Part shown: piece after piece, positions 59,576-64,000 of the stretch | Layout: every line of letters starts with the position of its first letter | Position numbering within the stretch: the first letter of the stretch is position 1 | Made by a program: the position numbers and the translations under genes | The notes under the pieces: generated by a model | What the model saw: only the letters and a program-made list of their open reading frames with translations | What the model was told of the DNA's origin: nothing | Database searches by the model: none | From: the human T2T-CHM13v2.0 reference genome, Homo sapiens | Assembly (NCBI RefSeq): GCF_009914755.1 | Contig: NC_060939.1 | DNA: 64,000 nt | Strand: one strand, 5' to 3'

Positions 59576-61119
59576 ACTAAGTAACTGAAAAAGCAGTTGA
59601 CTTCTCTTCCTTGGGGCATCAGTTATGACTGTTCCTTCACAGGTCCCTTTAGGCTGCTTTTCTCCAGGAAAGCCACCCCTCACCCTGTAGCCATTCTGCA
59701 GGGTGTGGTGAGGAACCCCTTTCAGCCCCTCTGCTCGGATCAGAGCTCCGGGAAAAGCAGGCCTCAGCTTCCTGGTTTCGACTGGCTGAAGGGTGGTGCT
59801 GGCTACTGCAGCCCTAATTGCTCCCTGATTGGGTGCTGATTAGAGCAGCTTCCACTCCAGGCAGAGTAGGGCCCCTTTCTGTTCGTGTTCAGGTGACCAG
59901 CCCCACTCTCCCAGCTCTGGAGGGTGGGGGTTTGGGAGGAGTAGGGGATGTGTGCACACTCTCAGCGTCCACTGTTCCCAGGAGGCCCTCAGCTTAGATT
60001 GCTCAGGCAAAAACCATGGGCTGTGGCCGCACAGGGCCTAATGACAGGGCAGCCCACAACGCAAGCTGCACAACGTCTGGACCTTTGAAGGCCCATCTGC
60101 CCTGCACAGTATTCCCATTTATGGAGCCTGTGCCTGTCCCTTAATGTACAATTGATCTTGTTGAGCCTGTGCCACAGCTGTGCACATGGGGCATCATTCC
60201 CATTTCACAGATGAGGAAACAGGCTCAGAGGGGAACTTGCCCAGGCTCACCTAGTCATTCAGTGAGTGGTGGGCGGGAGGGGGGGACTTCGCATTCATAC
60301 CCAGGTCTCCAGACCCAAGAGCTGATGCACTCTCCAGCCCTCCCTCCAGGCCCCCTGGTCCTGTGTGACTCAAGGGGCAGAATTGGTGCCTATGAGGGGA
60401 AGTCCGAGGGATGTAAAACCTTCTTTCCTGTTGGAGCCCTGAGCTTCCTCAGGAGGTAGTGGGCATCATAGATGCTTCCTGGGGCCCCTCCCCTCCCTGG
60501 ACTCTGAATGTTGGCGGACATGTCCAAGACACTCCTGCCAGCTTCCCTTCTCTGGGCAGCCCTGGGCCCAGAGAACAGGGTGTCCTGGTGGCCGTGGGCA
60601 TCTCCGCCACTCGGGTGTGGGTGTGGATGCTTTTGGAGTGATTCATTACCTTAGGGAGATAGAGGGAAGGTCAGAAGCCCTGGCCAGCTGGGAGGGAGCA
60701 CAGTGCTGGAAATGGCTGGCCTGCAGAGAAGACGCAGAATAGCCTGGAGGCCTGGGCACAAGCTGCCCTGCTCAGGACAGCTGTCTGGGACTTTGGAAGA
60801 CACCATTTTGTCAGATTTGGGTGCAGACCCGTTTTCCTCTCCTAATAGGGTGGGTGTGTGGGGCAGCATCCCCAGGGGCGGAGGCTTCTGAGCTCCGCTT
60901 TGAAGGTTTGGCTGTGTGTGAAATGGCAGAGAAGGGCTTTCCAGATGGAGGCTACAGAGTGAGCAAAGGCCCAGCAGGCGGAAAGTGCAGGGTGTCTGTG
61001 GGCAGTCACAGATGATGTGGGCAGTGGGGGCTCAGCTGAGCAGGATGGGCCTCTGGGACGTGCAGGAAGAGCAGCTGAGGGCCAGCCCTCCCTGTGTGAC
61101 CCTGGTGCTTCTTCCCTAG

Positions 61120-61285
61120 AAAGGTGTGTTCCTGCTCTCCAACAAGGACTACTTCATTCAGCCCCTGGACGGTGCCCCAGCCTGGCCCAGCCATGCCCAG
61201 CCCCATGTGGTGTACAAGCATCCGGCCCCGGAGAGGCTGGCACAGCGGGGTGATTCCAGTGCTCCAAGTACCTGTGGGGTGCAAG
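61120..61285 (+). pseudogene. ADAMTS7P1: ADAMTS7 duplicated copy, exon-3 equivalent
   Basis: 166 nt, CCCTAG/GTATGC bounded; KGVFLLSNKDYFIQPLDGAPAWPSHAQPHVVYKHPAPERLAQRGDSSAPSTCGVQ, in frame with the previous exon. Confidence 0.88.
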
Positions 61286-62678
61286 GTATGCTCTTCTACT
61301 CCCAGTTCTCAGGCAGGTGCTAGGCCTGGGGACATGAAGGGGCCTTTCTAGAAGCCCCTCGTAACATGCCCATGCTCGGTGTCCCTTAGACCAGAGGATA
61401 CAGACAGACAGACGGATACATCACTATAGCGTGTGCCCTTAATTGTGCCACAAGACTGTGTCCTCTGCCTTTCAGGCCTGTCCCAGTCAGTCCCCTAGAC
61501 TGACCTCCCTCTCTCCATCTCACCTACTTCTCCCACCTTGGGGCTCAACCTCCCTCTTGCTCCCTCCCCACCAAGCCTATGGCACCTGGCTCTGCCAGCC
61601 ATTCTCCCTCCAGTGTCCAGACCAGGTGAGCCATGCCCAGCTCCAACAGGGCCATTAGCCAGGAACCTCCCTCCCCATGCCACCCTGCTCCCACCCTAGA
61701 ATAACTAACCTCTATTATTGGGACCTGGAGTGTGGTACCCAGTGCCTCCTCTGCAGAGCAGCAGTAGTGCCGGCCAGTCCAGGTGAAGAGCTGCCTGCTA
61801 AGGGTTGCTGGGATTTGGGGAATGCTTGGCTGGCATGCCAATCTCAGGCTGCCCACAGCTCTGGTACTCCATTTGCTGGAGCACATATCCACAGAGGCAT
61901 GCTTCTTGGCCTCATTTTCCCCAGCTTCATAGATGTGCTTCCTCTTCTGATCTGGAGCAGCCTGGGTCAGGGGAGCAGGCTCAGTAGGGCAAGCTGGGCT
62001 GGGTCTTGGCCAGCCTCCCCAGGCTGGGGTTTAGAGGGTGGGGTCAGGGGTCAGTGTTGAGATGCACTAAGCCCCCAGGGTGGGAGGAAGTGACACGGGG
62101 AGATAGGGGCCCAGTAGCCAGCTTTGTCAAGCCCAGGAGTTCCCCTCCCATGGACACAGTACTTTACTGCGTTTATATCCACCATTTCATTTACCCTTTG
62201 AGGTCCCCCCATGAGGCAGATCAACTTATTCCTATTTTTAGTCAGGGAATCTCAAGATCAAAGAAAGAAAGTGGTCAGGCAGAGCCACACAGCACAGGTT
62301 TGGGGCAGAGCCAGGAGGGGAATTCAGGCCCCTCGCCTCTGATCCCTGTGTGGTTCCCAGTGCCCCAGAGAACTCGCTGAGGAGAAGCCCTGGAGACGTG
62401 TGCCCTGGGCCAGGATGGGCCAGAAGGATGGGGAACAGATGTTCCCTCAGGATCAGATGTTTATTTAAGACTGACTTGTTGAGAGCCATCGCTCTACCTG
62501 GGATAAGGTGATGGATGTGGAAGAGCATGATTCTGCATGTGGGGACTCTGTCTCATTGTAGCATTTCCCAAGGAATATTTCAGGGAGTGTGTTCCAAAGA
62601 ATGCCAGTAGTGCACTGTGAAAAAAAAAGATGCTGCTGTTGAATAAGTTTGGCCACACAGGGTTAAAAAAAGTAAAAC

Positions 62679-62857
62679 GGGCCAGGCATGGTGGTGCACA
62701 CCTGTAGTCCCAGCTACTTGAGGGGCTGAGGTGGGAGGATTGCTTGAGCCCAGGAGGTCGAGGCTGCAGCGGCTGCAGTGAGCTGAGATCATGCAACTGC
62801 ACTCCATATGGATGACAAAGTGAGACACTGTCTCGAAAAAAAAAAAAAAAAAAAAAA
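62679..62857 (+). mobile_element. Alu right arm / FRAM
   Basis: Single arm with poly-A; TSD-like GTAAAAC. Confidence 0.85.
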
Positions 62858-63338
62858 GGTAAAACAGACTTCGTTACTACAGGACTTCTCAGAGCCCTCA
62901 AAGTAAATATTCATTGAGAATCCCCAACAGAATAGGCAGGCAGCATTCCCCAAATTTAGGAAATAAGCAGGGGCTTTGAAGCAGTGAAACCTGGGTTCTG
63001 AGCCCAGCTTCACCCTCTCTTTGAGCTTCAGTTACTTCATTTGTAAAATGAGGATAATTGTGCCTACCTCAGAAGTAAGATTAAATGAGATAATGCATGC
63101 TAAGCCCCCAGCACAGGGACTGTACATGTTAGGCTCGATCAAGGTTGGCTGTGGCTATTTTTTTGGCTGCTGCAGTATCTGACCCACAGCCACCTTCAGG
63201 ACAGCCTCATCTTTCTTTACCAACGCCACCTACAGACCCCAATTTATCAGTGTTCTCCCTGTGCTAGACTCAGATCTGAGTCCTAGAGCTTGGGTGGGTT
63301 TGTCCCAAGGATAGCAAGACAGGTCCCTTTTCACCCTA

Positions 63339-63645
63339 TTTTCTTTTTTTTTTTTTTTTTTTTTGAGATGGAGTCTCACTCTGTCCCCCAGGTCGGAGTG
63401 CAGTGGCGTGATCTCAGCTCACTGCAACCTCCGCCTTCTGGTTCAAGCGATTTTCCTGCCTCAGCCTCCTGAGCAGCTGGGACTACAGGCGCATGCCACC
63501 ACACTCAGCTAATTTTTTTGTATTTTTAGTAGAGATGGGGTTTCTCCATGTTAACCAGGCTGGTCTCGAGCTCCTGACCTCGTGATTTGCCCACCTCAGC
63601 CTCCCAAAGTGCCGAGATTACAGGTATGAGCCACCGTGCTCAGCC
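63339..63645 (-). mobile_element. Alu
   Basis: Antisense Alu; TSD TTTCACCC(T/C)ATTTT. Confidence 0.93.
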
Positions 63646-64000
63646 AGTTTCACCCCATTTTCACCCCCAATTCTGTTCTTACTCTCTGAGGCCACAAGCC
63701 CTTTTCGAGGGGCTCTTGTCACACTTTCAGCTCACCAGGAGCCTGTGGTTATCTGTAACCTCCAGATCTTACCTTCACAAACACTGCACACCTCTGGCAT
63801 GCTCTCCAGACCTGCAGCAGAACAGGGCTGGGCTTCCCTGGATATCATTTATCCAGTTGAAACACCCCACATTGACCTTGGGCCATTAACCAATGTTACT
63901 TGGTTGAGTTGATCAGCCAATTAAGACCCTGCCTCCCTCCAACATCTCCCAATGCCTGTATTACCCCCATAGCTCCTGGGAGACAGTGAGGTTATATATG

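Overview
Primate, most likely human, genomic DNA that I recognise as the chr15q25.2 EFL1/SAXO2 locus. Minus strand: the 5' part of EFL1 (EFTUD1, ribosome-maturation GTPase), with non-coding exon 1 and coding exons 2-6 (codons 1-172, G1-G4 motifs); the gene runs off the left edge. Plus strand, head-to-head across a shared CpG-island promoter: the complete SAXO2 (FAM154B) gene, 4 coding exons, 458 aa with about 12 microtubule-binding Mn-like repeats. From about 52.5 kb the sequence becomes GC-richer and carries a duplicated ADAMTS7 copy (probably ADAMTS7P1): exons 2-3 are still open and spliceable, but exon 1 is absent. The rest is Alu, L1, L2, MIR, LTR and DNA-transposon sequence. Best leads: (1) a ~178-bp non-Alu inverted duplication in EFL1 intron 3; (2) an Alu with no TSD marking the likely segmental-duplication junction; (3) a phase-compatible SAXO2-to-ADAMTS7P read-through splice; (4) frame-preserving cassette exons in both genes. 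Gene and repeat names come from recall, not from database searches. Repeat boundaries are approximate.
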